A stretch of 56,015 nt of DNA from Gemmatimonadales bacterium. GTDB lineage: Bacteria; Gemmatimonadota; Gemmatimonadetes; Gemmatimonadales; GWC2-71-9. A program made the translations under genes and the position numbers. Below the pieces are notes generated by a model. It worked only from the letters and a program-made list of their open reading frames with translations. It did not search any database and was not told where the DNA came from. The stretch is from contig JBFGJG010000030.1 in the NCBI GenBank assembly GCA_041577295.1, positions 1 to 56,015 on the forward strand, read 5' to 3'. Below are positions 30,194 to 38,979 of the stretch, in pieces (positions within the stretch are counted from its first letter, which is position 1; the number at the start of each line of letters is the position of its first letter).

Positions 30194-30459
30194 GCGTCCG
30201 AACCGAGCTCGCCATTCGGGTGTGGGTACCGGAAGTATGGGACATGGTCGAGCTCGCGGTAACGCCGGCGTGGACGATCGCTGAAGTCAAAGAATCTGCG
30301 CTCCACGCGGCCACGGGTCGTTTATCAGACGTCGCTGCGTATCAGGTGAAATTCAGGGGGGCGGTTGTGTTTGATGAATCGCAGACCCTCGCCGCGCTTC
30401 AAGTTCCCGACCACGCTCCGATGATCGTGCTGCGCACGCGGCGCCAACCGGTTCGCTAA
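30190..30459 (+). CDS. Small ubiquitin-like (beta-grasp, YukD/EsaB-like) protein
   Basis: VELAVTPAWTIAEVKE...YQVKFRGAVVFDESQTLAAL.VPDHAPMIVL parallels ubiquitin ITLEVEPSDTIENVK...QRLIFAGKQLEDGRTLSDY; GGAGGAG RBS. Confidence 0.7.
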   Translation: MSVRTELAIRVWVPEVWDMVELAVTPAWTIAEVKESALHAATGRLSDVAAYQVKFRGAVVFDESQTLAALQVPDHAPMIVLRTRRQPVR

Positions 30460-30486
30460 CGTCGGCCGCTACTCGCCGTTCTGCGA

Positions 30487-31383
30487 GTGATCCACATCGT
30501 CTGGCATCCATCCACCCTGCTGCACGAAGGCGGGCCGGGGCATCCCGAGTCGCCAGCACGAGTGGAAGCGGTGCTCGCTGCACTGCGCGCGTGGTCCCCA
30601 CCCGGCGAGCTCGCGATGCACGAAGCCCGGCCGGCCGATGTCGCGGATCTCCTGCGAGTCCATCCGCAAGAGCACCTGGACCGTCTGGAGCGGCTTTCGC
30701 GAAGAGGTGGGGGCCGTCTCGATGCCGATACTGCAATGAACACGCATAGCTATCAGGCTGCCCGGCACGCGGCTGGGGCGGCGGTCCAGGCGGCCCAGTT
30801 CGCGTTGGCGGGTACACCCGCGTTTGCACCCGTGCGCCCTCCCGGGCATCACGCAACCGCCACCCGTGCGATGGGGTTCTGCTTTCTCAACAATGTGGTG
30901 GTGGCGGCCCGGTGGGCCCTCGAGGTCGGAGGCGCACAGCGGGTGCTCATAGTGGACTGGGATGTGCACCACGGCAACGGAACTCAAGATCTCGTTGCCA
31001 CGGATCCGCGAATCCGCTATGTGTCACTTCATCAATGGCCGCTGTATCCAGGCACTGGCCGAGCGAGCGAACGCGGTGTCGGGAACGTCTTCAACGTCCC
31101 GCGACCACCGGGACTGCCGCCTGTTCAGTATGTGACCGACCTGCTCACGGCCGTGCGCGACGCCACCACGAGTTGGTCTCCTGATCTCTTGCTCATCTCC
31201 GCGGGGTTCGACGCCATGGCGGGGGATCCTTTGGCCGGCTTCACTCTCGAGCCAGAGCATTACGCTCAGCTCATCCAACATTTCCGTGAGCTCGAGGCAC
31301 CGACCGCCTCGGTACTCGAGGGAGGCTACGTGCCGCACCGCATCGCAGCGGCCGCCGTGGCTCACCTCGAGGCCCTGGCGTAA
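30487..31383 (+). CDS. Histone deacetylase family (HDAC/AcuC/APAH) Zn hydrolase
   Basis: HPESPAR, RPPGHHA, GFC, DWDVHHGNGTQ, SAGFDA and LEGGY motifs. Confidence 0.96.
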   Translation: MIHIVWHPSTLLHEGGPGHPESPARVEAVLAALRAWSPPGELAMHEARPADVADLLRVHPQEHLDRLERLSRRGGGRLDADTAMNTHSYQAARHAAGAAVQAAQFALAGTPAFAPVRPPGHHATATRAMGFCFLNNVVVAARWALEVGGAQRVLIVDWDVHHGNGTQDLVATDPRIRYVSLHQWPLYPGTGRASERGVGNVFNVPRPPGLPPVQYVTDLLTAVRDATTSWSPDLLLISAGFDAMAGDPLAGFTLEPEHYAQLIQHFRELEAPTASVLEGGYVPHRIAAAAVAHLEALA

Positions 31384-31393
31384 GTTTTCCACC

Positions 31394-32137
31394 ATGCCAC
31401 GCCGGCTTTCGCCCACGGCATTGCTCTCGGTCCTACAGCCATGGGCCGAAGTGAGTGAGCCGATCTACCGCCGCATCGCCCAGCTGTCGGAGATCGCCAC
31501 CGGACAAGAGGTCCTCTGGGTCGGTTGCGGCGCCGGTTCGGCCGTGTTGTGGCTGGCTCGCAAGTACGAATCGCACGTGGCCGGTGTCGATCCGGATCCT
31601 AAGGCCATCGAGACCGCTGAGCGGATGGCCCGTGCCGCAGGTCTCCAGAAGCTCGTCACGTTCCAACGGGCAGACGGGAGCGATCTGCCCCATGAGACCG
31701 AGGTTTTCGATGTAGCCGTGGTGAACACCCTCCAGCTCTCGGGCGATGAGGGACCTCTGGTGCTACGGGAGGCGGCGCGGGTGACGCGGCCGATGAGTAC
31801 GGTGATCGCCATCGTGCCGTCGTGGATGAGTACGCCGGACGGTGCGGCCGTCGATGCCCTGGACACCCTAGGTTTCAAACCGCGTCTCGTGGTCGAGTGG
31901 AAGAGCGCGTGCCGGGATGCTGGGCTCGTCGAGCTCGCGGTCGAGAATGCCGCAAAGGATGGCCGCTGGATTGCGAGCGGATCGGTTGGCATCGCCTTGC
32001 GGGGATGGCGCGCGGCGCGCTGGTCCGGAGTTGCCGCGGTCCGGAGCCGTCCCTTTCGCATCCTGCGTTCGCTCGTCGAGGAGCGGGTGCTCGGGCTTTC
32101 ACTCATCAAAGGAACGCGTTGGCCGCAGTCGACCTGA
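31394..32137 (+). CDS. Class I SAM-dependent methyltransferase
   Basis: VLWVGCGAG (motif I variant), GVDPD, ADGSDLP..FD and LREAARVTRP motifs. Confidence 0.85.
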   Translation: MPRRLSPTALLSVLQPWAEVSEPIYRRIAQLSEIATGQEVLWVGCGAGSAVLWLARKYESHVAGVDPDPKAIETAERMARAAGLQKLVTFQRADGSDLPHETEVFDVAVVNTLQLSGDEGPLVLREAARVTRPMSTVIAIVPSWMSTPDGAAVDALDTLGFKPRLVVEWKSACRDAGLVELAVENAAKDGRWIASGSVGIALRGWRAARWSGVAAVRSRPFRILRSLVEERVLGLSLIKGTRWPQST

Positions 32138-32147
32138 GGATCATCCC

Positions 32148-34574
32148 GTGAGTAGGGGTCACGCCACGATCTGTTCGGTCGCCCTCCCGATCCCCAGTCC
32201 CCGACCCTACAGCTACGCCATTCCGCCAAACCACGGCGCACAGGTGACGCGTGGAGCCCGGGTGGTGGTTCCGGTTCGCACCCGTGAGCTCGTGGGGGTC
32301 GTGCTGGACGTCGACACGGGGCCTGCCGAAGGACTCAAACCAATTCTGGTCGTGCCCGATCCGCGGCCGGCCGTTCCCGAACCGCTCCTCGAGCTCGCCG
32401 ATTGGGTGGCGCAGTACTACGTGACGCCCATCGGTTTGACGCTTCGCGCGATGTTGCCGCCAGGGCTGTGGGGAGCCTCGCGGCTCGTCGCGCGCTTGAT
32501 CGATGACGACGTCGACGGGGCAGGCGTGACCGGTGCGGTCGTGGCGGCGCTGCGAGCCGCCGGTGGCGAGCTATCGGCCAGCGCATTGCGCCGCCGTCTG
32601 CGGCGGCCAGTGTGGGATTCCCTGCGGCGGCTGGTGCACGAGGGCGTCGTGCACCTCGAAACGCTTCCTCCGAGTTTGGGGCCAGACGTTGAGCGCGTCC
32701 GGGTTGTGGTACTCACCCGAACCCTACCATCGCTGCTCGAACGCGAGCGAATGTTTGGCCGGGCGATACGACAGCGGGAGGCGTTTGAGGCGGTGGATGC
32801 GCTCGGTGGCGAGGTGGGGGTGCGCCATCTTCGTGAGCAGCTCGGCTTTTCACCATCGGTTCTTCGTGGCCTCGTGGACCGCGGTGTCGCGCAGATCGAA
32901 GCGCGCGAGCAGATGCGAGATCCGTTTTCCGGTGTTCGTGAGCAACTGCCAGACACCCCGACACCCGAGCAGCGGCTCGCCATCGACGCTATTGGACGCC
33001 TCCCCTCATCAGGCGGCGCGGTGCTCTACGGCGTTACCGGGAGTGGCAAGACACTCGTCTACCTGGAAGCACTGCGGCGCCAGGTAGAACGCGGGAGCGG
33101 CGCCATTGTCTTGGTGCCCGAGATCGCGCTCACTCCTCAGACCATCGCCCGCGTTCGTGGGGTCTTCGGTGACACGGTAGCCGTGCTACACAGCGGGCTC
33201 TCCGACGGTGAGCGCGTCGATGCCTGGCGAGCGCTGGCCAGTGGAGAGCGCCGCGTGGCTGTGGGAGCGCGGTCCGCGGTGTTCGCGCCTATCACCGACC
33301 TGACCGCGATCATTCTCGACGAGGAGCACGACGGCAGCTACAAACACGGTGAGGCGCCGCGGTACCATGCACGTGACGTCGCGTTCAGTCGTGGGCGGAT
33401 TCAGAAGGCACGCGTGGTGTTGGGTAGCGCCACACCCTCGCTCGAAACATGGGCCCTCCGCGAGCGCGTGAACGTTATTCGGCTCCCGAACCGTGTGGGT
33501 GCGCGACCCCTCCCGGCAGTTCGTCTGGTCGACCTCCGGCATGAGGATCGCGTTGCCGAAAGCGGGCCCGTCCCGTGGTCAGCCGCTCTCGACGAGGCGG
33601 TCGGGCGTATCCTCGAACTGGGGGAGCAGGCGATCCTGCTGCTCAATCGTCGCGGATTTGCGCACTTCATCCAATGCCACGCCTGCGGTCACGTTCCAGA
33701 GTGCCCCTCGTGCAGTATCTCCCTCACAGTGCACCGTGCTCCGGCAAAGCTCCGGTGCCATTACTGCGGTCACGAGGCGCCCGAGCCGGACGCGTGCCCC
33801 CAGTGTGCGGAGCCCCTCCACAGAACACGGGGCATCGGTACCCAGCAGCTCGAGCGGTGGCTCGCGGAACGCTTCACGACGGCCCGACTGGCACGCATGG
33901 ATGCAGATACGACGTCACGCAAATGGTCACATCGCCGGATCCTGGACGCCGTCGGGCGCCGAGAAATCGATCTGTTGTTCGGGACGCAGATGATTGCCAA
34001 AGGACTGGATTTCCCGCATGTCACGCTCGTGGGTGTGGTCGACGCAGATATCGGTCTCCATCTTCCGGATTTTCGGGCAGCGGAGCGGACGTTTCAGTTG
34101 ATTGCGCAGGTTGCCGGGCGCGCTGGACGTGGGGTGGTCGGTGGTCGCGTCCTGGTACAAACTCGTAGTCCCGATCATTATGCACTCACCGCGGCGGCAG
34201 CCCACGACTTCGAGGGTTTTGCCGCAGCCGAGCTCGAAGCGCGCCGGTCGCCACCCTACCCCCCGCATGTCTGGCTGGTGAACGTGTTGGTGAGCGGTCC
34301 GCACGAAGTGGACGTGTCATCCGCGGCCGTGGAAGTGGCCGAGTGGCTACGGCATCTGATCGCGAGCCGGGCGCGTGACGCAGTCGAGGTGGTGGGGCCG
34401 GCGCCCGCACCGCTCGCCCGAATCAAGCGTCGGTGGCGGTGGCATCTCCTCCTCCGTGCGACGGATCGCACTTGGCTGGGCAGGATCGTCCGCTACGCCG
34501 CGTGGCGCGCTCCGCACACTCGGCCGGGCCCTGTCCGTGTCGTGTTCGATCGCGATCCGATGTCACTGCTTTGA
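32148..34574 (+). CDS. priA: Primosomal protein N' (replication restart helicase)
   Basis: GVTGSGKT, LVPEIALTPQ, DEEH, Zn-finger CxxC pairs and TQMIAKGLDFP. Confidence 0.98.
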   Translation: MSRGHATICSVALPIPSPRPYSYAIPPNHGAQVTRGARVVVPVRTRELVGVVLDVDTGPAEGLKPILVVPDPRPAVPEPLLELADWVAQYYVTPIGLTLRAMLPPGLWGASRLVARLIDDDVDGAGVTGAVVAALRAAGGELSASALRRRLRRPVWDSLRRLVHEGVVHLETLPPSLGPDVERVRVVVLTRTLPSLLERERMFGRAIRQREAFEAVDALGGEVGVRHLREQLGFSPSVLRGLVDRGVAQIEAREQMRDPFSGVREQLPDTPTPEQRLAIDAIGRLPSSGGAVLYGVTGSGKTLVYLEALRRQVERGSGAIVLVPEIALTPQTIARVRGVFGDTVAVLHSGLSDGERVDAWRALASGERRVAVGARSAVFAPITDLTAIILDEEHDGSYKHGEAPRYHARDVAFSRGRIQKARVVLGSATPSLETWALRERVNVIRLPNRVGARPLPAVRLVDLRHEDRVAESGPVPWSAALDEAVGRILELGEQAILLLNRRGFAHFIQCHACGHVPECPSCSISLTVHRAPAKLRCHYCGHEAPEPDACPQCAEPLHRTRGIGTQQLERWLAERFTTARLARMDADTTSRKWSHRRILDAVGRREIDLLFGTQMIAKGLDFPHVTLVGVVDADIGLHLPDFRAAERTFQLIAQVAGRAGRGVVGGRVLVQTRSPDHYALTAAAAHDFEGFAAAELEARRSPPYPPHVWLVNVLVSGPHEVDVSSAAVEVAEWLRHLIASRARDAVEVVGPAPAPLARIKRRWRWHLLLRATDRTWLGRIVRYAAWRAPHTRPGPVRVVFDRDPMSLL

Positions 34575-34692
34575 GTCGACCGCCGGCCGTCCGACGCGTG
34601 GTCCGCGAACCGGACCAAGGGAACCGATATGCCCGGTGAGGTTGAACGGGCACGGCGCGGCCGGTACTTTCCGGCGTTTATCACGGGTGGTT

Positions 34693-35796
34693 ATGCGGGC
34701 AACACCGTATCGCGTCCCTGATTTCACAATCGCCGCGCTGCGAGATGCACCGGATGCGGACTTTCAGCCCATGCCGCAAGACGGCGTGCTGCCTGATGGG
34801 TTCTTTTCCACGACCAATCTCCCGACCTACGTCCGGGTGAACGGTACGTGGCGGCGTCCTCGCGAACCGCGCATGGACTGTGCGATCGTATTGGACGGCG
34901 GCGGTGATCTCGTTGTTCGCGAACCGCGGCGTCTCTCGCGTGGAACCCTGGTAGCCATGGGGGAACATGAGGACGGCAGTGGCGGGATTTACGTCGATCA
35001 CCTCGGGTTCCGCGGCGAGCCGCACAGCGCAAACGAGTTCCGATTTATGAGCACGCCCGTGAGCCGTGAGCGACCCGTCGATTACCTTCGGCTGGCGGCG
35101 ATGCTCGGCGAGGAGCGCGATCGCGGAGGGCACATTGTGTGGGTGGCTGGACCGGCCCTTGTGCATTCCCGCGCGCGCGAGGATCTCATTTGGCTCATTC
35201 GCAACGGATACGTCGGTGCCTTCTTGGGTGGGAATGCCGTGGCGGTACACGATCTCGAGTCTGCCATGTACGGCACAGCGCTCGGCGTGACTGCCAGCGG
35301 TGAGTCGGCCTCGAGCGGACACGGACTCCACATGCGTGCGATCAATACCATCCGACGGATGGGGTCGATGCAGGCAGCCGTGGAGGCGGGAATCGTCCGC
35401 GATGGGATCATGCACGCGTTGATCACGAACGGCATCCCCTTCGTGCTCGCCGGTTCGATCCGAGACGACGGTCCGCTCCCGGGCGTGATTGCAGACTCGC
35501 TCGCGGCGCAGGACGCCATGCGGGAACACACGGCGCGTGCGACATTCGCCGTTCTCATCGCGACCGCCTTGCATGCCATCGCTGTTGGCAACATGCTGCC
35601 GGCATTCGTCGAGGGTCAGGGGGACGAGCTTCGCCCGCTTCCGACTATTTGTGTTGATCAGGAGGAGTTCGTGGTGAGCAAGCTGAGAGATCGCGGAACC
35701 CACCAGGCCTTTGGGGCAGTAACCAACGCCCAAGACTTCATCCACGTGCTTCGTATTCACGTCGAGCGATGGCAAGAGAAGCGCCGGTCGGCGTAG
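34693..35796 (+). CDS. TIGR00300 / ArgZ C-terminal-like protein, probable ornithine cyclodeaminase
   Basis: DGVLPDGFFSTTN.PT, RMDCAIV, F.FMS..VSRE, GGNAVAVHD.E, LAGSIRDDGPLP, GNMLP and KLRDRG motifs. Confidence 0.85.
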   Translation: MRATPYRVPDFTIAALRDAPDADFQPMPQDGVLPDGFFSTTNLPTYVRVNGTWRRPREPRMDCAIVLDGGGDLVVREPRRLSRGTLVAMGEHEDGSGGIYVDHLGFRGEPHSANEFRFMSTPVSRERPVDYLRLAAMLGEERDRGGHIVWVAGPALVHSRAREDLIWLIRNGYVGAFLGGNAVAVHDLESAMYGTALGVTASGESASSGHGLHMRAINTIRRMGSMQAAVEAGIVRDGIMHALITNGIPFVLAGSIRDDGPLPGVIADSLAAQDAMREHTARATFAVLIATALHAIAVGNMLPAFVEGQGDELRPLPTICVDQEEFVVSKLRDRGTHQAFGAVTNAQDFIHVLRIHVERWQEKRRSA

Positions 35797-36179
35797 CACG
35801 CCCCCCACAGGCCGGGGTGGGCTGGCTCAAGGTGGCGGCAGCGCTCGCGGAGGTCGTCCCCCGCGAGGAGATTGAGAGCATCTGGTTGTTTGCGCCGCTG
35901 CGGCATGAAGATCGGGAGTGGGGGACCGCCGTCATCTCGCGGCAGGCTGACTCCGGGCGGCGGCGCATCTACACGGCGACTTACGTGATCGTAGTAGGCG
36001 GACCGGAACGGGGTCAGCACCGCGTAACGATCGAGGAGGTGGGGGAGGGGCCGGAAGACGTATTGCACGAAGTCATTGCCGGGGTGAGGGACCGCGCAGG
36101 GGAGACGGAGCCGGCGTTGGAGATTCCTCCCGACACGTGGTACGGAAACGGAGATGACGAGTCCGCCCCCGAAGGTTGA
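35769..36179 (+). CDS. Hypothetical protein
   Basis: Fills the gap in a tightly packed operon and overlaps both neighbours; start uncertain. Confidence 0.65.
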   Translation: MAREAPVGVARPPQAGVGWLKVAAALAEVVPREEIESIWLFAPLRHEDREWGTAVISRQADSGRRRIYTATYVIVVGGPERGQHRVTIEEVGEGPEDVLHEVIAGVRDRAGETEPALEIPPDTWYGNGDDESAPEG

Positions 36180-36666
36180 CGGCAGGGCACTGCTCGAGGC
36201 GTTTCGCACGTACCTCCGGGACCACAACCTGCCCGTCACGCACCAGCGCGAGGCGATCGCGGAGATCATCTTTTTTGCTGACGCACACCTGTCCGTCAGT
36301 GACATCGAACGGAGCCTGCGGGCGCGCGGCGTGCAGGTCGGCCGGGCCACGGTGTACCGAACGCTGGACTTGCTTGTCCATGCCAACGTCGTGCAGGAGC
36401 ATGATTTTGGGGAGGGATTTAAGCGGTACGAGCCGCTCGCGGCTCAATCCCATCACGAACATCTCATTTGTATCGAGTGTGGGAAGGTCGTGGAATTCTC
36501 GAGCGAACGCCTGGAGCGGATGAAGTCGCTCATCGCCGACGAGTACGGATTCCGATACCATCATCACCGACTCGAGATCTATGGAGTTTGCCGGGATTGT
36601 CAGCGGCGTGACGCGGTCACGCTCGAAGCCAGGACCACTCACCGAGAGGATACGACACGGTGTTAG
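36154..36666 (+). CDS. Fur-family transcriptional repressor
   Basis: THQREAI, HLS, ATVYRTLDLL, HHEHLICIEC and GVCRDC motifs. Confidence 0.95.
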   Translation: MTSPPPKVDGRALLEAFRTYLRDHNLPVTHQREAIAEIIFFADAHLSVSDIERSLRARGVQVGRATVYRTLDLLVHANVVQEHDFGEGFKRYEPLAAQSHHEHLICIECGKVVEFSSERLERMKSLIADEYGFRYHHHRLEIYGVCRDCQRRDAVTLEARTTHREDTTRC

Positions 36667-37220
36667 ACTCGCGACACTTCGTCCCCACCAAGGCCTTCGT
36701 GACGAAGGGGGTTGGGCGCCACCGGGAAAAGCTCACGAGCTTCGAGCTTGCTCTGCGCGATGCCCGGATCGCTCAGTACAACTTGGTTCGGGTCAGCTCC
36801 ATCTGGCCACCACACTGCCAGCTGCTCTCGTGGGAGGAGGGCGTCAAACTGTTGAGTCCCGGTCAAGTGGTTTTCGCAGTTGTGGCGGAGGCTTCGACCA
36901 ACGAGCCCTCCCGGCTCGCCGCAGCGGCGATCGGGCTTGCGATACCGGCGGACCGAAACCACCACGGGTACATCTCAGAGCACCACGCTTTCGGCCAGCG
37001 GCGGGAGCCTGCGGGCGATTACGCCGAGGACCTCGCAGCGAGCATGTTGGCCACGGTGCTCGGCGTGCCGTTCGACCCCGATCAGGCATGGGACGAGCGC
37101 AAAGAGCAGTGGTTGCTTTCGGGGGAGATCGTGGAGACGAACAACATCAGCTGCACGGCGGAAGCACAAGACGATGGTCGGTGGGTCACCGTCGTCTCCG
37201 CCGTAGTGTTCTGCGGGTGA
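36660..37220 (+). CDS. Pyruvoyl-dependent arginine decarboxylase
   Basis: SFELALRDA, NLVRVSSIWPP (Ser-Ser self-cleavage site) and GYISEHH motifs. Confidence 0.93.
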   Translation: MLDSRHFVPTKAFVTKGVGRHREKLTSFELALRDARIAQYNLVRVSSIWPPHCQLLSWEEGVKLLSPGQVVFAVVAEASTNEPSRLAAAAIGLAIPADRNHHGYISEHHAFGQRREPAGDYAEDLAASMLATVLGVPFDPDQAWDERKEQWLLSGEIVETNNISCTAEAQDDGRWVTVVSAVVFCG

Positions 37221-38173
37221 ACGAGTTTCGCGACCGGGGGTCTACGAGCGAGCTGCCACCGGGGCTTGCCCGGCTCGCGTGGGCCCCGCCCGAGACCTTC
37301 CTCGGTATGCCCGCCGAGGAGGCTCCGTTCGACATCGCGCCGGTGGTCGTGCTGCCGGTTCCCTACGAGGCGACGGTGTCCTACATGGGCGGGACCCGCT
37401 ACGGGCCCCGTGGACTGCTCCACGCTTCACGGTTCCTCGAGCTGTACGATCACGAGCTGGATTGCGAGCCGTACCGGGTAGGTGTCCACACGCTACCCGC
37501 ATTGATGCTCACCGATGCCGGTCCTGCCGAAGCACTCCGGCAATTACGTCGGGCGATTGACCAGCTACTAGATGCGGGGAAGTTCGTAATCATGATTGGG
37601 GGCGAGCACAGTATTTCCCCCGCGGCGATTCTCGCCCACGCCGATCGCATGCCCGGGCAATCCCTCTCGGTGCTCCAGCTCGACGCCCATACCGATCTGC
37701 GTGCCGAGTACGAGGGCACGCCGTACTCTCACGCTTGCGCCATGTATCGCGTGCACGAGCAGGTGCGTCTCGTGCCGGTTGGAATCCGGTCGATCACCAC
37801 CGATGAGCGGCAGCTGCTCCGGGCGCGCAACATACCCGCGATCTTTGGCTACGAGCTGGAAGGAGAGGAGTGGATCGACCGCGCCGTCGCGGCACTCGGT
37901 GACCGAGTCTACATCACGGTGGACATCGATTTCTTCGATCCAGCCGTGATGCCCTCGACTGGCACGCCGGAACCCGGTGGCGGTTCGTGGTATCAAGCCG
38001 TGCGCTTGCTAGAACGTGTCTTTCGTGAGAAAGAAGTCATCGGCTGCGATGTCGTGGAGCTAGCACCCATCCCCGGTTTGGTGGCTCCAGATGTACTCGC
38101 GGCCAAACTCGTCTACAAGCTCGTGGCCTTTCACGCCATCGCGCGAGGCGGACTGGAGGAACCGGGAGACTGA
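37217..38173 (+). CDS. speB: Agmatinase
   Basis: GTRYGP, GGEHSIS, DAHTD, DIDFFDP and TGTPEPGG motifs; directly after the arginine decarboxylase. Confidence 0.93.
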   Translation: MNEFRDRGSTSELPPGLARLAWAPPETFLGMPAEEAPFDIAPVVVLPVPYEATVSYMGGTRYGPRGLLHASRFLELYDHELDCEPYRVGVHTLPALMLTDAGPAEALRQLRRAIDQLLDAGKFVIMIGGEHSISPAAILAHADRMPGQSLSVLQLDAHTDLRAEYEGTPYSHACAMYRVHEQVRLVPVGIRSITTDERQLLRARNIPAIFGYELEGEEWIDRAVAALGDRVYITVDIDFFDPAVMPSTGTPEPGGGSWYQAVRLLERVFREKEVIGCDVVELAPIPGLVAPDVLAAKLVYKLVAFHAIARGGLEEPGD

Positions 38174-38193
38174 GGAGCGGGTTTCCCTGAGCG

Positions 38194-38922
38194 ATGATGG
38201 GTACCGAATCCGTTGGCCTCGCGGTCGCGTTCCTCGCTGGGGTGCTGAGCTTCCTCTCGCCCTGCGTGCTTCCTCTCGTGCCGAGCTACGTGTCGTTCAT
38301 CAGTGGGCTGTCGCTGGAGGAGCTCGAGGGCAAGCGGCGTATCGCGTTTACCCACGCCCTGTTTTTCATTGCCGGATTCACGCTGATCTTCGTCGCGCTG
38401 GGCGCGACCGCCACACAGCTCGGACGTTTCCTCAACCAGAACTCCGTCTGGGTCGCGCGGGTGGGCGGTGGGCTCATCGTGCTGTTCGGCCTCTATCTGC
38501 TCGGCGTATTCCGGTTAGGTACGCTGGCGCGGGAACGTCGCTTTCATATTCACAACCAACCGGTTGGGTATCTCGGCAGCACGCTGGTGGGGCTCGCGTT
38601 CGGAGCGGGATGGACGCCGTGCATCGGCCCGATCCTCGGCGCCATTCTGACGTACACGAGTGTGCAAGCGAGCCTGGGCCAAGGCGTGGTGCTGTTGTTG
38701 GCGTACTCCCTGGGACTCGCCGTGCCGTTTCTCGTGGCGGCTGCTGCGATTGAGAAGTTTCTCGAGTGGTTCAAGACGTTCCGGCGCTACGTCGGGTGGA
38801 TGGAGAAGATCGCGGGTGGGCTCCTGGTGGTCGTCGGTCTGCTCCTGGCCACGGGGTACTTTACGGTGCTTGCCGGCTGGCTTCAGGAACTCACGCCGGA
38901 GTTTTTGCGTTCGAGGCTGTAG
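38194..38922 (+). CDS. ccdA: Cytochrome c biogenesis protein CcdA
   Basis: FLSPCVLPLVP and GWTPCIGPILG motifs. Confidence 0.94.
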   Translation: MMGTESVGLAVAFLAGVLSFLSPCVLPLVPSYVSFISGLSLEELEGKRRIAFTHALFFIAGFTLIFVALGATATQLGRFLNQNSVWVARVGGGLIVLFGLYLLGVFRLGTLARERRFHIHNQPVGYLGSTLVGLAFGAGWTPCIGPILGAILTYTSVQASLGQGVVLLLAYSLGLAVPFLVAAAAIEKFLEWFKTFRRYVGWMEKIAGGLLVVVGLLLATGYFTVLAGWLQELTPEFLRSRL

Positions 38923-38926
38923 AACG

Positions 38927-38964
38927 CCCCACCGCCCCAAGCCACCAGGAGTGGAGCGGTGGGG
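38927..38964. terminator. Hairpin between convergent ccdA and aldolase genes
   Basis: CCCCACCGC pairs with GCGGTGGGG; no clear T-tract. Confidence 0.45.
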
Positions 38965-38979
38965 AGTGCGGAAATGGGT

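Noticed and set aside
30190..30459. A true ubiquitin conjugation system
   Set aside because: No C-terminal Gly-Gly and no E1, E2 or JAB genes in the window
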